Positions 28,211 to 37,538 of a stretch of 64,000 nucleotides of DNA are shown here, one piece after another. The position numbers and the translations under genes are program-made. Every line of letters begins with the position of its first letter. Position 1 is the first letter of the stretch. Source of the stretch: a bacterium (GTDB taxonomy: Bacteria > Patescibacteriota > Minisyncoccia > Phycocordibacterales > CAIZLB01); assembly GCA_043745355.1 (NCBI GenBank), contig JAYTSY010000011.1:16822-80821 (forward strand), read 5' to 3'. The notes under the pieces are model-generated. The model worked only from the letters and a program-made list of their open reading frames with translations. It searched no databases and was not told the origin of the DNA.

Positions 28211-28471
28211 TTATCGATACACATCATGACTCCCAATTTTCAATAAGTATATTTCTCCTTCTCTGCCAAATTCAAACACAACTCTAACACTCATATCTAC
28301 TGAGAATGAATAAAATTTAGATAACTGACCATGTAACTTATGCACATTGAGGGAAGGGTGCTTCTGATTATCTTTAAACAAATTAACCTTCTTTAATGCG
28401 AGCGTCTGCATTTTTTCTGGCAACTTCTCAAATTGTGATACAAACTTTTCTGTAAAAAATATATTAACCAT
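28211..28471 (-). CDS. RelE/ParE-family toxin
   Basis: 86 aa; VRVVFEFGREGEIYLLKIGSHD; 8-nt overlap with the upstream RHH gene. Confidence 0.65.
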   Translation of the reverse strand: MVNIFFTEKFVSQFEKLPEKMQTLALKKVNLFKDNQKHPSLNVHKLHGQLSKFYSFSVDMSVRVVFEFGREGEIYLLKIGSHDVYR

Positions 28472-28694
28472 TCTTCTTACGGTTTTTAAGAATTGAAGCT
28501 AATTCACCACGATATACTCTCCCTTGCTCAACCTGTCGTGAAGCTTCGAATATTTCATTGATTTCCATCTCTTCTTGCATCAAGCGAATAGCACTGCGAA
28601 CAGCTTGCGCGCGATTCTCAGCTACGCCCGTTTTAATAAGCGAATCAACGAAATCTAAAAGGATTTTTGGCAATGGAATTGATATGGTAGTCAT
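28464..28694 (-). CDS. Ribbon-helix-helix (CopG/ParD-like) antitoxin
   Basis: 76 aa; RHH-like N-terminus ISIPLPKILLDFVDSLIKTGVAENRAQAVRSAIR. Confidence 0.6.
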   Translation of the reverse strand: MTTISIPLPKILLDFVDSLIKTGVAENRAQAVRSAIRLMQEEMEINEIFEASRQVEQGRVYRGELASILKNRKKNG

Positions 28695-28847
28695 GATAGG
28701 TATATTATAATCTAATATAAAGTATTATATTGTCATATATTTGCCTGTCAACACCACTTTTTACTTCTTTTTAATAATAAGTGAAGTCTACTACTGAGAC
28801 ATGAATACTCCGTGAGTTTTTGATAAAAATCTGATAAGATATGCCTT

Positions 28848-30602
28848 ATGTCACACAACGAACTGGAACACATACGCCACTCACTCGCCCACCTCTTGGC
28901 AGCAGCTATTTTGGAGCTTTATCCTAAGGCCCTAAACACCATCGGCCCCGCTGTTGAAAACGGCTTTTACTATGACTTCGACTTTTCGTCTACTGGCTCA
29001 ACCATCTCAGAAAAAGAGTTCCCACTTATCCAAAAGAAGATGCGAGAAATCCTAAAAACATGGAAGACTTTCACACAGAAAGAAGTCTCCACAGATGAGG
29101 CAAAAGTATTTTTTGCTGACAATCCATACAAGCTCGAGCTCATTGACGACATCGCCGCAAAAGGTGAAAAAATCACCCTCTACACATCAGGACTTTTCAC
29201 TGACCTCTGTCGTGGTGGACACGTCGAGGATACGACTGATATCAAACCAGATTCATTCAAACTCGCACGGGTGGCTGGCGCGTATTGGAAAGGAAGCGAG
29301 GATAATAAAATGCTTACGCGTATTTATGGGTTGGCTTTTAACACAAAAGATGAGTTAGACGCATATGAAAAAATGATGGTGGAGGCAGAAAAAAATGATC
29401 ATAGAAAGTTAGGAAAAGAGCTAGAACTTTTTGCATTTGACGAAGACGTAGGACCTGGTCTCCCTCTCTGGCTTCCACGGGGCGCAGTCATCGTAGAGGA
29501 GCTTGAAAAACTTGCCAAAGAGACAGAGTTCAAGGGTGGCTATGATCGAGTGCGTACACCTCACCTCGCAAAAGAATCAATGTATTTGAAAAGTGGACAT
29601 CTTCCCTACTATGAAGAGTCAATGTACCCTCCGATGGAATACGAAGGTGGCAAATATTATTTGAAGGCGATGAATTGCCCGCATCACCATAAGATTTTTT
29701 CTGCAGTACCTCGTAGCTACAAACACTTGCCCCTCCGACTTGCTGAATACGGTACCTGCTATCGTCATGAAAAATCAGGTGAACTTTTCGGTCTTATGCG
29801 TGTCCGAACTCTACAGATGAATGATGCACATATATATTGTACAAAAGAACAATTTGCTGACGAGTTCCGAAAAGTAAATGACATATATCTCCACTATTTC
29901 AAAATATTCGGTGTTACCAAATACCGCATGCGTCTCTCAACTCATGATCCTAAAAAGCTCGGTGAGAAATTCGTAAACGAACCAGCACTCTGGAAAGAAA
30001 CTGAGGACATGGTTCGAAATGTGCTTATTGATTCAAAGATTGATTACATAGAGGTCGCGAACGAAGCCGCTTTTTATGGGCCAAAGATTGATGTGCAAGT
30101 ATGGAGCGCAATTGGCAGAGAGTTCACACTTGCCACAAATCAAGTCGACTTTGCAGTGCCAAAACGTTTTGACCTCACATTCACAAACAACAAAGGCGAA
30201 CAAGAAACTCCACTCTGTATTCACCGCGCACCACTTGGCACACACGAGCGATTTATCGGATTCCTCATTGAGCACTACGGTGGCAACTTCCCTCTCTGGC
30301 TCTCACCTATCCAAGTTAAAATCCTCCCTATCCGCGAACAGCACAATGCTTTTGCTCGTGAAATATATGACATGTTGCGAGACAAAGGAGTGCGTGCTGA
30401 AATAGATGACTCTGATGAAGGACTGGGTAAAAAAGTACGTGCGGCCAAAAATCAACGTGCGTTTTACTTCCTTGTGATTGGTGACAAGGAACTTGAGGCA
30501 AAAACTATCACAGTAGAATCTCGGGATGCTGGTAACCTAGGGGCGCAGACTGTTGAGGAATTTATTGCAAAAGTTTCAAAAGATATCCAAGATAGAGTTT
30601 AG
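28848..30602 (+). CDS. thrS: Threonyl-tRNA synthetase (lacks the N-terminal TGS domain)
   Basis: Class II motifs (MNCPHHHKIF; FGLMRVRTLQMNDAHIYC); editing-domain HxxxH near the N-terminus; anticodon-binding C-terminus. Confidence 0.9.
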   Translation: MSHNELEHIRHSLAHLLAAAILELYPKALNTIGPAVENGFYYDFDFSSTGSTISEKEFPLIQKKMREILKTWKTFTQKEVSTDEAKVFFADNPYKLELIDDIAAKGEKITLYTSGLFTDLCRGGHVEDTTDIKPDSFKLARVAGAYWKGSEDNKMLTRIYGLAFNTKDELDAYEKMMVEAEKNDHRKLGKELELFAFDEDVGPGLPLWLPRGAVIVEELEKLAKETEFKGGYDRVRTPHLAKESMYLKSGHLPYYEESMYPPMEYEGGKYYLKAMNCPHHHKIFSAVPRSYKHLPLRLAEYGTCYRHEKSGELFGLMRVRTLQMNDAHIYCTKEQFADEFRKVNDIYLHYFKIFGVTKYRMRLSTHDPKKLGEKFVNEPALWKETEDMVRNVLIDSKIDYIEVANEAAFYGPKIDVQVWSAIGREFTLATNQVDFAVPKRFDLTFTNNKGEQETPLCIHRAPLGTHERFIGFLIEHYGGNFPLWLSPIQVKILPIREQHNAFAREIYDMLRDKGVRAEIDDSDEGLGKKVRAAKNQRAFYFLVIGDKELEAKTITVESRDAGNLGAQTVEEFIAKVSKDIQDRV

Positions 30603-30611
30603 CGTATAAAC

Positions 30612-30648
30612 AAAAAAGCGCCCGCGTACGCGGGCGCCTTTTTGTTTT
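30612..30648. terminator. Bidirectional intrinsic terminator between thrS and the sortase-substrate gene
   Basis: aaaaaagcgcccgcgtacgcgggcgcctttttg. Confidence 0.6.
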
Positions 30649-30657
30649 ATTTTTTAA

Positions 30658-32244
30658 TTACATTCCCAACTTTGACTTGTTTGTCATCTTGAAGATTTCA
30701 GCCTTTGTCATACCTGATGCAATTTGAGTTGATTGCACACCTGCTGTTGCAAGAACATTCTTGTTCTTACGTCGAGCGATAAGCATAAATGCTACGAATG
30801 CACTCCAGATAGTAAGTCCAACAAGGAAGAATACTGTCTTCATACTGAGGTCGATACCTGTTGCAGGAATCTGGCTCAAGTACACACCCGATACCGGAGT
30901 TCCATTTGAAGGTTCTCGGATCACAGTGACATTTGATACTGCACCTCCGACAGTTGTGTTACAAGTCGCTACGACACTTTGTCCGTTTGAGAACACAGTG
31001 ACCGATGCAGTCTTGTATCCAGGATTGTTGTAGTTCATGTAGACGCTCTGATTGTATCCCGAGAGACCATCAGTTCCGCTCCATGAGTAGGTGTAGTTAC
31101 CGACATTGTTATTGTAGTTATTGTTGTACGAGTTATTTGCATATCCTGAAGGATATACCGTCCATGTAACGCTCTGGTTCACACCTGCGTTTGTTGGGCT
31201 CGCGACACAATAAGCTGACAAGCTATTGTTGTTATTGTTTTGAACATTTACTGAACATGTTCGGCTGATAGACTGATTACCAGACTGTATAGTTACAGTC
31301 GCTGTTTTTGAGCCGTATGAGCTGAAGTGTCCTGTGAATGACTGACCCGAACTTGAGATACCGTCAGAACCTGACCATGAGTATGTATAGTTTCCATTTC
31401 CGCCAGTTGCAGAGGCTGAAAAGTATACATCCTGATTGATACCGACAGAGTTTGGGTTGATCGTACAATATCCTTCGAGGCCTGGAGTTGCAGGAGGAGT
31501 ATTTGTATTAGATGTTCCAGAAGGAACATTTACGACAACAGTATTATTGTTGACGTTATTGTTTGTGATGTTTCCAACGCTTGAGCTTGAATTCGCGCTT
31601 GAGCTTGAATTAGAAGTGTTTGCATTGTTGTTAGCAGCAGTGTTTGAGCTGTACACATATGAAGGAGTGGTATATGAAGAACCACCACAACTTGATCCAC
31701 AGCTAGGAGTCGTGTTGGGAACGTATCGAGGAGTTGAATATGAACTTCCGCAAGATGATGTACACCCTGCAATATAGCGTGATGTCGCGGGAACATATGA
31801 GTAGCTTGATCCACCACAAGACGAACATCCTGAGCTAGGAACATACGAAGGCGTATTGCTGTATGTATCATATCCATATGAAGGTGTAACACTGTATGTG
31901 TCATAACCATATGAAGGTGTCACACTGTACGTATCATAAGAATACGAAGGTGTAACACTGTAATATCTACTTTCAGGAACTATGTCCTTACCATCTTTAG
32001 AGCTATCCTTGCTATAATCCCTACCATAACCATCATCTGCTCCCGCATCAAATGCAGGACCTGAATAATAACTTGTACTTGCACCTTGGTCATAAAAGCC
32101 ATAACCCTCTTCATCCCATGCAAATGCGTGCGATGGTATAACCATAGCTGCCACAAAAAGAAACGCAAACGCGAATGTAATCTGGGCAAAGCCAATATTT
32201 TTTGTAATTGTTTTCATATTCATAATGTTAGTATTATATACCAA
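30658..32244 (-). CDS. Asn/Ser-rich repetitive surface protein with a C-terminal sortase-type sorting signal (IPATG + TM + RRKNK)
   Basis: Signal peptide; 3x YSVTPSYGYDT repeats (33-bp DNA repeats); C-terminal IPATGIDLSMKTVFFLVGLTIWSAFVAFMLIARRKNKN. Confidence 0.5.
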   Translation of the reverse strand: MVYNTNIMNMKTITKNIGFAQITFAFAFLFVAAMVIPSHAFAWDEEGYGFYDQGASTSYYSGPAFDAGADDGYGRDYSKDSSKDGKDIVPESRYYSVTPSYSYDTYSVTPSYGYDTYSVTPSYGYDTYSNTPSYVPSSGCSSCGGSSYSYVPATSRYIAGCTSSCGSSYSTPRYVPNTTPSCGSSCGGSSYTTPSYVYSSNTAANNNANTSNSSSSANSSSSVGNITNNNVNNNTVVVNVPSGTSNTNTPPATPGLEGYCTINPNSVGINQDVYFSASATGGNGNYTYSWSGSDGISSSGQSFTGHFSSYGSKTATVTIQSGNQSISRTCSVNVQNNNNNSLSAYCVASPTNAGVNQSVTWTVYPSGYANNSYNNNYNNNVGNYTYSWSGTDGLSGYNQSVYMNYNNPGYKTASVTVFSNGQSVVATCNTTVGGAVSNVTVIREPSNGTPVSGVYLSQIPATGIDLSMKTVFFLVGLTIWSAFVAFMLIARRKNKNVLATAGVQSTQIASGMTKAEIFKMTNKSKLGM

Positions 32245-32284
32245 GAAACATATTAAGTCAAGTGCTATCCTCCTATAGGTTTAA

Positions 32285-32998
32285 TTAACCCTTAATATTG
32301 GCCATACTGACGTAATCCCCCTCTACGACATACCTATCTGCTTTGGTACCGAAACTATCGCATGTTGATAGAGTAATCATATTTGAAGAACCGTCAAATC
32401 GTACCCATGTATCATTCTTGTCCACCTTCTTTACGGTGCGTACTTTGTAGGTATATATACGGGTACCACTGTAAACAAGAATTTGATCTCCTGCTACTAG
32501 TGAGTGAATATCATTGAAAGCTTTGTATGCCTGATTCTGGACAACTGCGTAACCGGTGCTGTGTCCAAAGATGAACATATTCCCCGCTCCAGGATATCCT
32601 GAGCCTGGATAACGAACGACACCCCGTGTGAGTTCTTTGTCCAAATATTCAGGATTAGTTGATGAAGGATTCAAGATATTAATATCAACCTCCGCTTTCG
32701 GAATGACGATTCGAGTCGGTTGTTCAGCCGCGATAGTATGAGCTGATGGCTTTACTATCGTAGTATTAGACGCTGTGACCTTAGGAGATTGGATAGGCGC
32801 AGTAGGCGTATCATCAACCTTTGTCCCCATGACAAAAAGCTGTGCCCGCTCGAGAATACTCAAGTTGCCAGTATGTTCTTCGAACTCGCTCGGGAGCAAA
32901 TTGAATAGGGCAAGCACTGCCACGGTTCCGAGGAAGATCCCCGCAAACCAACCTATAAATTGCAATTCATGCTTTTGAAATAAGCCTTTGTTCATCAT
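32285..32998 (-). CDS. Sortase-family transpeptidase
   Basis: N-terminal TM anchor; His (FIFGHSTGY); catalytic Cys in ITLSTCDSFG (TLxTC); Arg in ADRYVVEG. Confidence 0.7.
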   Translation of the reverse strand: MMNKGLFQKHELQFIGWFAGIFLGTVAVLALFNLLPSEFEEHTGNLSILERAQLFVMGTKVDDTPTAPIQSPKVTASNTTIVKPSAHTIAAEQPTRIVIPKAEVDINILNPSSTNPEYLDKELTRGVVRYPGSGYPGAGNMFIFGHSTGYAVVQNQAYKAFNDIHSLVAGDQILVYSGTRIYTYKVRTVKKVDKNDTWVRFDGSSNMITLSTCDSFGTKADRYVVEGDYVSMANIKG

Positions 32999-33041
32999 TA
33001 AATTATACTACCTTTATTAAAAATAGTCAATCTTGCTCCAT

Positions 33042-33069
33042 TTGACATATGCATATTATATGATATAAT
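33042..33069 (+). promoter_or_regulatory. Consensus sigma-70 promoter TTGACA-16-TATAAT upstream of the CARDB gene
   Basis: TTGACA 33042-33047; TATAAT 33064-33069; ATG at 33079. Confidence 0.5.
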
Positions 33070-33078
33070 CACCGTATT

Positions 33079-34260
33079 ATGGAAAATCAAAATAATACAT
33101 ACAGCGTCTTGCGAGTTTTGGTCATTGGAGGAATCCTCGCCATCCTCGTATTTTTGAGTATTGGTATCGTTCGTGTCATTCCACGAGCCCTTAACACACT
33201 CGCCTCAGCGAGCGTCTCACTCGGATCATTTTTCCGCACTTCAACAACTACTCCAGCAACATCTGGTGGATTCACAGAGACTACCCCACCAAGAGATGCA
33301 ACCACAACTATCTATATGCAAACTCCCGCAGCAACATCAACGTCTCCTGTTCCGAATCCGACACCCTACTCACCTCGCCCAGCAAACTCAGGTTTAACTG
33401 CGACACCTCATCCGTCATACGTGAACGGTACACCCGATCTCGCAGTGAGTATTCTTTCTCAAGGAATTACGGACAAGACAACGGGTCGCTTTGTCGCAAC
33501 AAATACATTTACCACAAGCGATACGGTAGTCGTAAAGTTCAAAGTTGAAAACCGAGGGACCGCACCCACTGGTACTTGGTCACTTCATGTAGTCATGCCT
33601 TCACAAAATACTGCTGACCAGATTCGTAATGTTTCAAATGTAGGTTCACTTCCTCCTGGATCTGCAGTAGAAGGGCAGGTCAATTTTGATCAGCCTACTG
33701 CAGGATCTCCTACTGTCACTCTCAGTGTTCAGACTGTTCTCCCTGCTCCAGAACTAAGCACAGCAAACGATACCGCTTCAACAGTTCTCTCTGTAAGTGG
33801 ATATAACAATGGAAATGGTAATGGCACTATTAATACTGGCTCACAGCCAGATCTGAGCGCTCGCGTTGTTGCTGTGGGAATTTTGAATAGCAATAATCAG
33901 TTCGTGCCAACATCTGTGTTCCATAGCTATGACCGCATCGCAGTCAAATTTGCTGTTTCAAACACAGGCTCAAACGCTACAGGTGCATGGAGTTTCCGTG
34001 CTGACATGAATGGCAATGGATATAATAACAACAATTACAATGGTAGTTACAACAACCAGAATTACAATAGTGGAAGCAAGACATACACATCTAACGAAAC
34101 AAGCATTTCAGGAAATACAACGTTAAATTACATCGTCGCGTTCGACAATGTCGCACAGGGTTACAACACGCTCAATATTTTACTCGATACATTCAATCAA
34201 GTGAGTGAATCGAATGAAGGAAACAATACATTGAATACTTCAGTAAATGTTACTTACTAA
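33079..34260 (+). CDS. Membrane-anchored surface protein with a Thr/Pro-rich linker and two CARDB-like domains
   Basis: N-terminal TM; PDLAVSIL... and PDLSARVVAV... repeats typical of CARDB. Confidence 0.55.
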   Translation: MENQNNTYSVLRVLVIGGILAILVFLSIGIVRVIPRALNTLASASVSLGSFFRTSTTTPATSGGFTETTPPRDATTTIYMQTPAATSTSPVPNPTPYSPRPANSGLTATPHPSYVNGTPDLAVSILSQGITDKTTGRFVATNTFTTSDTVVVKFKVENRGTAPTGTWSLHVVMPSQNTADQIRNVSNVGSLPPGSAVEGQVNFDQPTAGSPTVTLSVQTVLPAPELSTANDTASTVLSVSGYNNGNGNGTINTGSQPDLSARVVAVGILNSNNQFVPTSVFHSYDRIAVKFAVSNTGSNATGAWSFRADMNGNGYNNNNYNGSYNNQNYNSGSKTYTSNETSISGNTTLNYIVAFDNVAQGYNTLNILLDTFNQVSESNEGNNTLNTSVNVTY

Positions 34261-34267
34261 ATAATAT

Positions 34268-34301
34268 AAAAAAACAGCCCGCGTAAGCGGGCTGTTTTTT
34301 T
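34268..34301. terminator. Bidirectional terminator cagcccgc-gtaa-gcgggctg with A/T runs; core similar to the 30612 terminator
   Basis: aaaaaaacagcccgcgtaagcgggctgttttttt. Confidence 0.6.
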
Positions 34302-34310
34302 ATATTATAA

Positions 34311-34322
34311 GGGTTTGACCCC
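34311..34322. repeat. Degenerate copy of the palindromic element (GGGTTTGACCCC) just 3' of the gyrB stop
   Basis: Matches the GACCCC half exactly. Confidence 0.4.
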
Positions 34323-34324
34323 GA

Positions 34325-36430
34325 TTAAATATCGATGTTTGCGAGTTTTGCGTTGGTTTGAATGAACGTCTTTCGAGAAGGAACATCATTGCCCATCAGT
34401 ACTTCGATAATTTTGTCTGCCTCAGTTGCATCATCAACAGTTACCCGTTTCAATATACGTCGATTGATATCCATAGTTGTCTCGCCGAGCTCCTCGGCAT
34501 TCATCTCTCCGAGACCTTTGTATCGCTGAATGTGGACTTTAGGAGTACTCTTTACTTTACCCTTTGCATCTCCTTCATCTGTTCCCTCCTCTCCCTCCGC
34601 TGCCTCATCTTGAGTCTCGTTGTCAGTATCAGCAGTCTCTAGCTCCTCAGCCTTGATTCCCTCTTTCTTCAAGAATGAGTTTTTCTCATCGTCATTATAG
34701 AAATACATCACCTCTTTTCCTTTCTTCACTTTGTATAGTGGCGGTTGCGCAATATAAATAAATCCTCCATCGATAAGTGGTCTGAAATATCGATAGCAAA
34801 GTGTCAAAATGAGTGTACGAATGTGTGCACCGTCCACATCGGCATCTGTCGCGATAATGATTTTGTGGTATCGGAGTTTTGTAATATCAAATGTGTCGCC
34901 AATCGCAGTACCGAGCGCAACGACAAAGTTGCGGATCTGTTCTGAAGCGAGCATCTTGTCGAGTCGTGCTCGTTCAATGTTCAAGATCTTACCTCGAAGT
35001 GGAAGCACAGCTTGGGTGCGTCGATCTCGTCCCATTTTGGCGGTACCACCCGCAGAGTCTCCCTCCACAATGAAGAGTTCTGATTCCTCAGCACGACGAC
35101 TCGAGCAGTCGGCAAGCTTACCTGGGAGTGTCATACCTTCGAGTGCACCCTTTCGCAACACCGAGTCCTTGGCAGCCTTTGCGGCCTTGCGAGCTCGCAT
35201 AGCGAGAAGTCCCTTGTTAATGATAGCCTTGGCGTCATCGGGATTTTCTTCGAGAAATGCACTAAACGCTTCGCCGAAAACTGTTCCTGTTGCGCCTTGT
35301 GCCTCAGTCGATCCGAGTTTTGCTTTTGTCTGACCTTCGAACTGAATCTCGGGCATCTTGATGGAAACCACCGCAACGAGGCCTTCTTGTACATCATCTC
35401 CGGTCAAAGAATCGTTATCACCATCCTTGATGATATTATTTTTCTTTGCGTATGAATTGATGATGCGAGTGAGTGCAGTTTTGAATCCAGAAATATGAGT
35501 ACCTCCCTCAGAGTTAAAAGTGTTGTTCGCAAACGCAACGATCTTTACGTTGATATCATCAATGTATTGCAATGCTACTTCCACAGCGACATTACCCTGT
35601 TCTTTTTCTATATAGAAAATATTTTTGTGAAGCGGCTTCTGTGATTGATTGTAAAAAGCAACGAGCGATCGAAGACCTCCTTCGAAATAGAAGTTCATGG
35701 ACGGCATGTCTATCATTTCGTCCTTGAGGAAAAAAGTATCCTCAAGGACACGATCTATAATTTTTGCCTCAACACCACGTACATCGAGCACGTTGATTTC
35801 CAACCCCTTAACGAGATATGCTTGCTGTCGCAAATGATTCATGACCTTGCTCCAATCGTAAATAACACCTTCCTTGAAAATCTCGGCATCTGCCTTGAAC
35901 ATTACGATTGAACCACTCAGTTTTGTTTTGCCAGTCTGCTTTACTTTTGCAACCGGTTTACCGATCTTGTATTCCTGCATATAAATACCGCCGTCTTTAT
36001 GCACAGTAACTTTTGTGTGAACAGAGAGCGCGTTCACCACCGATGCGCCCACTCCATGAAGTCCTCCTGAAACCTTGTACCCCTCACCACCGAATTTTCC
36101 TCCCGCGTGAAGTGTGGTCATGATAGTTTCGAGGGCCGAAACTTTTGTCTTGGAGTGCATATCAACTGGAATACCTCGTCCATTGTCTACGACGCGAATG
36201 TATCCATCTGGGAGGAGTGCAACTTCAATACGGTTACAGTGGCCACCCATAGCTTCGTCACGAGAGTTATCAAAGATCTCAGTAATGAGATGGTGGAGAC
36301 CATCGGGTCCTGTCGTACCGATGTACATACCAGGACGTTTTCGAACAGGCTCGAGACCTTCGAGGACAGTGATCTCTTCGGCTCCATAATGAGGAACCTT
36401 AGGCTTTTTTTCGTCTTTTTCCTTTGCCAT
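34325..36430 (-). CDS. gyrB: DNA gyrase subunit B
   Basis: GHKL ATPase (HHLITEIFDNSRDEAMGG...VVDNGRGIP); Toprim EGDSAGG; acidic insert near the C-terminus. Confidence 0.95.
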   Translation of the reverse strand: MAKEKDEKKPKVPHYGAEEITVLEGLEPVRKRPGMYIGTTGPDGLHHLITEIFDNSRDEAMGGHCNRIEVALLPDGYIRVVDNGRGIPVDMHSKTKVSALETIMTTLHAGGKFGGEGYKVSGGLHGVGASVVNALSVHTKVTVHKDGGIYMQEYKIGKPVAKVKQTGKTKLSGSIVMFKADAEIFKEGVIYDWSKVMNHLRQQAYLVKGLEINVLDVRGVEAKIIDRVLEDTFFLKDEMIDMPSMNFYFEGGLRSLVAFYNQSQKPLHKNIFYIEKEQGNVAVEVALQYIDDINVKIVAFANNTFNSEGGTHISGFKTALTRIINSYAKKNNIIKDGDNDSLTGDDVQEGLVAVVSIKMPEIQFEGQTKAKLGSTEAQGATGTVFGEAFSAFLEENPDDAKAIINKGLLAMRARKAAKAAKDSVLRKGALEGMTLPGKLADCSSRRAEESELFIVEGDSAGGTAKMGRDRRTQAVLPLRGKILNIERARLDKMLASEQIRNFVVALGTAIGDTFDITKLRYHKIIIATDADVDGAHIRTLILTLCYRYFRPLIDGGFIYIAQPPLYKVKKGKEVMYFYNDDEKNSFLKKEGIKAEELETADTDNETQDEAAEGEEGTDEGDAKGKVKSTPKVHIQRYKGLGEMNAEELGETTMDINRRILKRVTVDDATEADKIIEVLMGNDVPSRKTFIQTNAKLANIDI

Positions 36431-36500
36431 AATGTCTCATTATTATAACAAAAATCCACTCACATCTATAGTTGACGGAGTGGATTTTGCGTTGCAAATA

Positions 36501-37226
36501 CTAGTTCTTCTTGCAATACAGAAGCGCTACGTATGGGTCCATGATATTAAATGCTTGTCCTCCTCCAGCGACGGTGCTGGTACGTTGTTCTGTACCATTT
36601 ATTCCACTGACATCAGGTCCTGCCTTGGCACGGCCTCCAGCGTTAGCACTCGTTACGTCATGAGTGTGAGCAACAAGTTCAGCGAGAGTCTGAATGTGCT
36701 TTTCCTCACCACCAGTTGATCCTCTCGCATGAGCCACATTAGTACCAATGATATTTCGGCCTGCTGCTGCTCCATAAGCTGACCACCCCGTAGGACATGC
36801 AGCGAGATCAAAAGGCAGAACTGCGCCAGCTGGGACCAAGCCATCACTACTAGTTGTTCCTCCAGACCCACCAGTCAAACCATTTGCATCGACACACACT
36901 GTTCCATCCTTATTACAATACTTGTCGGCTCCAATATTACCATCCGCAAGAACTTTCATACCTGCAGGAATTGGTAATGATGGATTGGAAGTCACTTTCA
37001 ATGTTGTATCAAAAATTGCATCAAAAAGAGAACGAAAGCCTGTTACTCGGAGAACTCCTTGCTTCTCCTGAACATTTGCACTCACATTGAGTGGGGCGTC
37101 TGCATTGTTTGTGGGAGGAGAAGAAGGGCGCGGATTCCACACGCTTGAGGCAACAGCATAATTGACTCCGAGAACTAATGCGATGATTCCTACTAAAACG
37201 GCTAATTGTTGAATGTGTTTGATCAT
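36501..37226 (-). CDS. Secreted/anchored protein with a phage tail-collar (MdpB-like) C-terminal domain
   Basis: N-terminal TM; ACPTGWSAYGAAAGRNIIGT...GGEEKHIQTLAELVAHTHDV...GGGQAFNIMDPYVALLYCKK matches the tail-collar domain pattern. Confidence 0.6.
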   Translation of the reverse strand: MIKHIQQLAVLVGIIALVLGVNYAVASSVWNPRPSSPPTNNADAPLNVSANVQEKQGVLRVTGFRSLFDAIFDTTLKVTSNPSLPIPAGMKVLADGNIGADKYCNKDGTVCVDANGLTGGSGGTTSSDGLVPAGAVLPFDLAACPTGWSAYGAAAGRNIIGTNVAHARGSTGGEEKHIQTLAELVAHTHDVTSANAGGRAKAGPDVSGINGTEQRTSTVAGGGQAFNIMDPYVALLYCKKN

Positions 37227-37247
37227 ATATTAATATTACTATTCCTA

Positions 37248-37526
37248 TTATTTTTGTAAATCGCTTTGAAAGTTACTTTTTTGCGAAGAACTCATCGTCC
37301 TCGTGCCCTTCGAATTGATCAGTGATCCTTGCAGGGCAGATGTATCACCCATAACGACGGTCGAGCTTGCCTCAAGGTCGCGATGCAGACTCTCCTCTCG
37401 AGTAAGTGCCTGCGGTGTACGATCAATCGAAACATAGTAACCTACTGTACCGAGAATGATTCCAACAATAATAATAATGATCATTATCGATGTCACTTTT
37501 GATGTTGATGACTTGGTAGGTTGCAT
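37248..37526 (-). CDS. Small membrane protein
   Basis: Single TM (IMIIIIIVGIILGTVGYYV). Confidence 0.35.
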   Translation of the reverse strand: MQPTKSSTSKVTSIMIIIIIVGIILGTVGYYVSIDRTPQALTREESLHRDLEASSTVVMGDTSALQGSLINSKGTRTMSSSQKSNFQSDLQK

Positions 37527-37538
37527 AGTAGTTGGTAA

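Noticed and set aside
28695-28847. Possible T-box leader upstream of thrS
   Set aside because: Only about 150 nt are available and no T-box consensus (AATTAGGGTGGNACCGCG) or specifier-loop architecture was seen. It is more likely a plain divergent promoter region shared with the RHH/relE pair.
31840-31980. Regularly spaced 33-bp repeats and the 24-bp repeats at 59990-60290, considered as CRISPR-like arrays
   Set aside because: Both arrays lie inside ORFs, keep the reading frame, have no unique spacers, and encode peptide repeats (YSVTPSYGYDT; KFEQMDQK). They are coding tandem repeats, not CRISPR.
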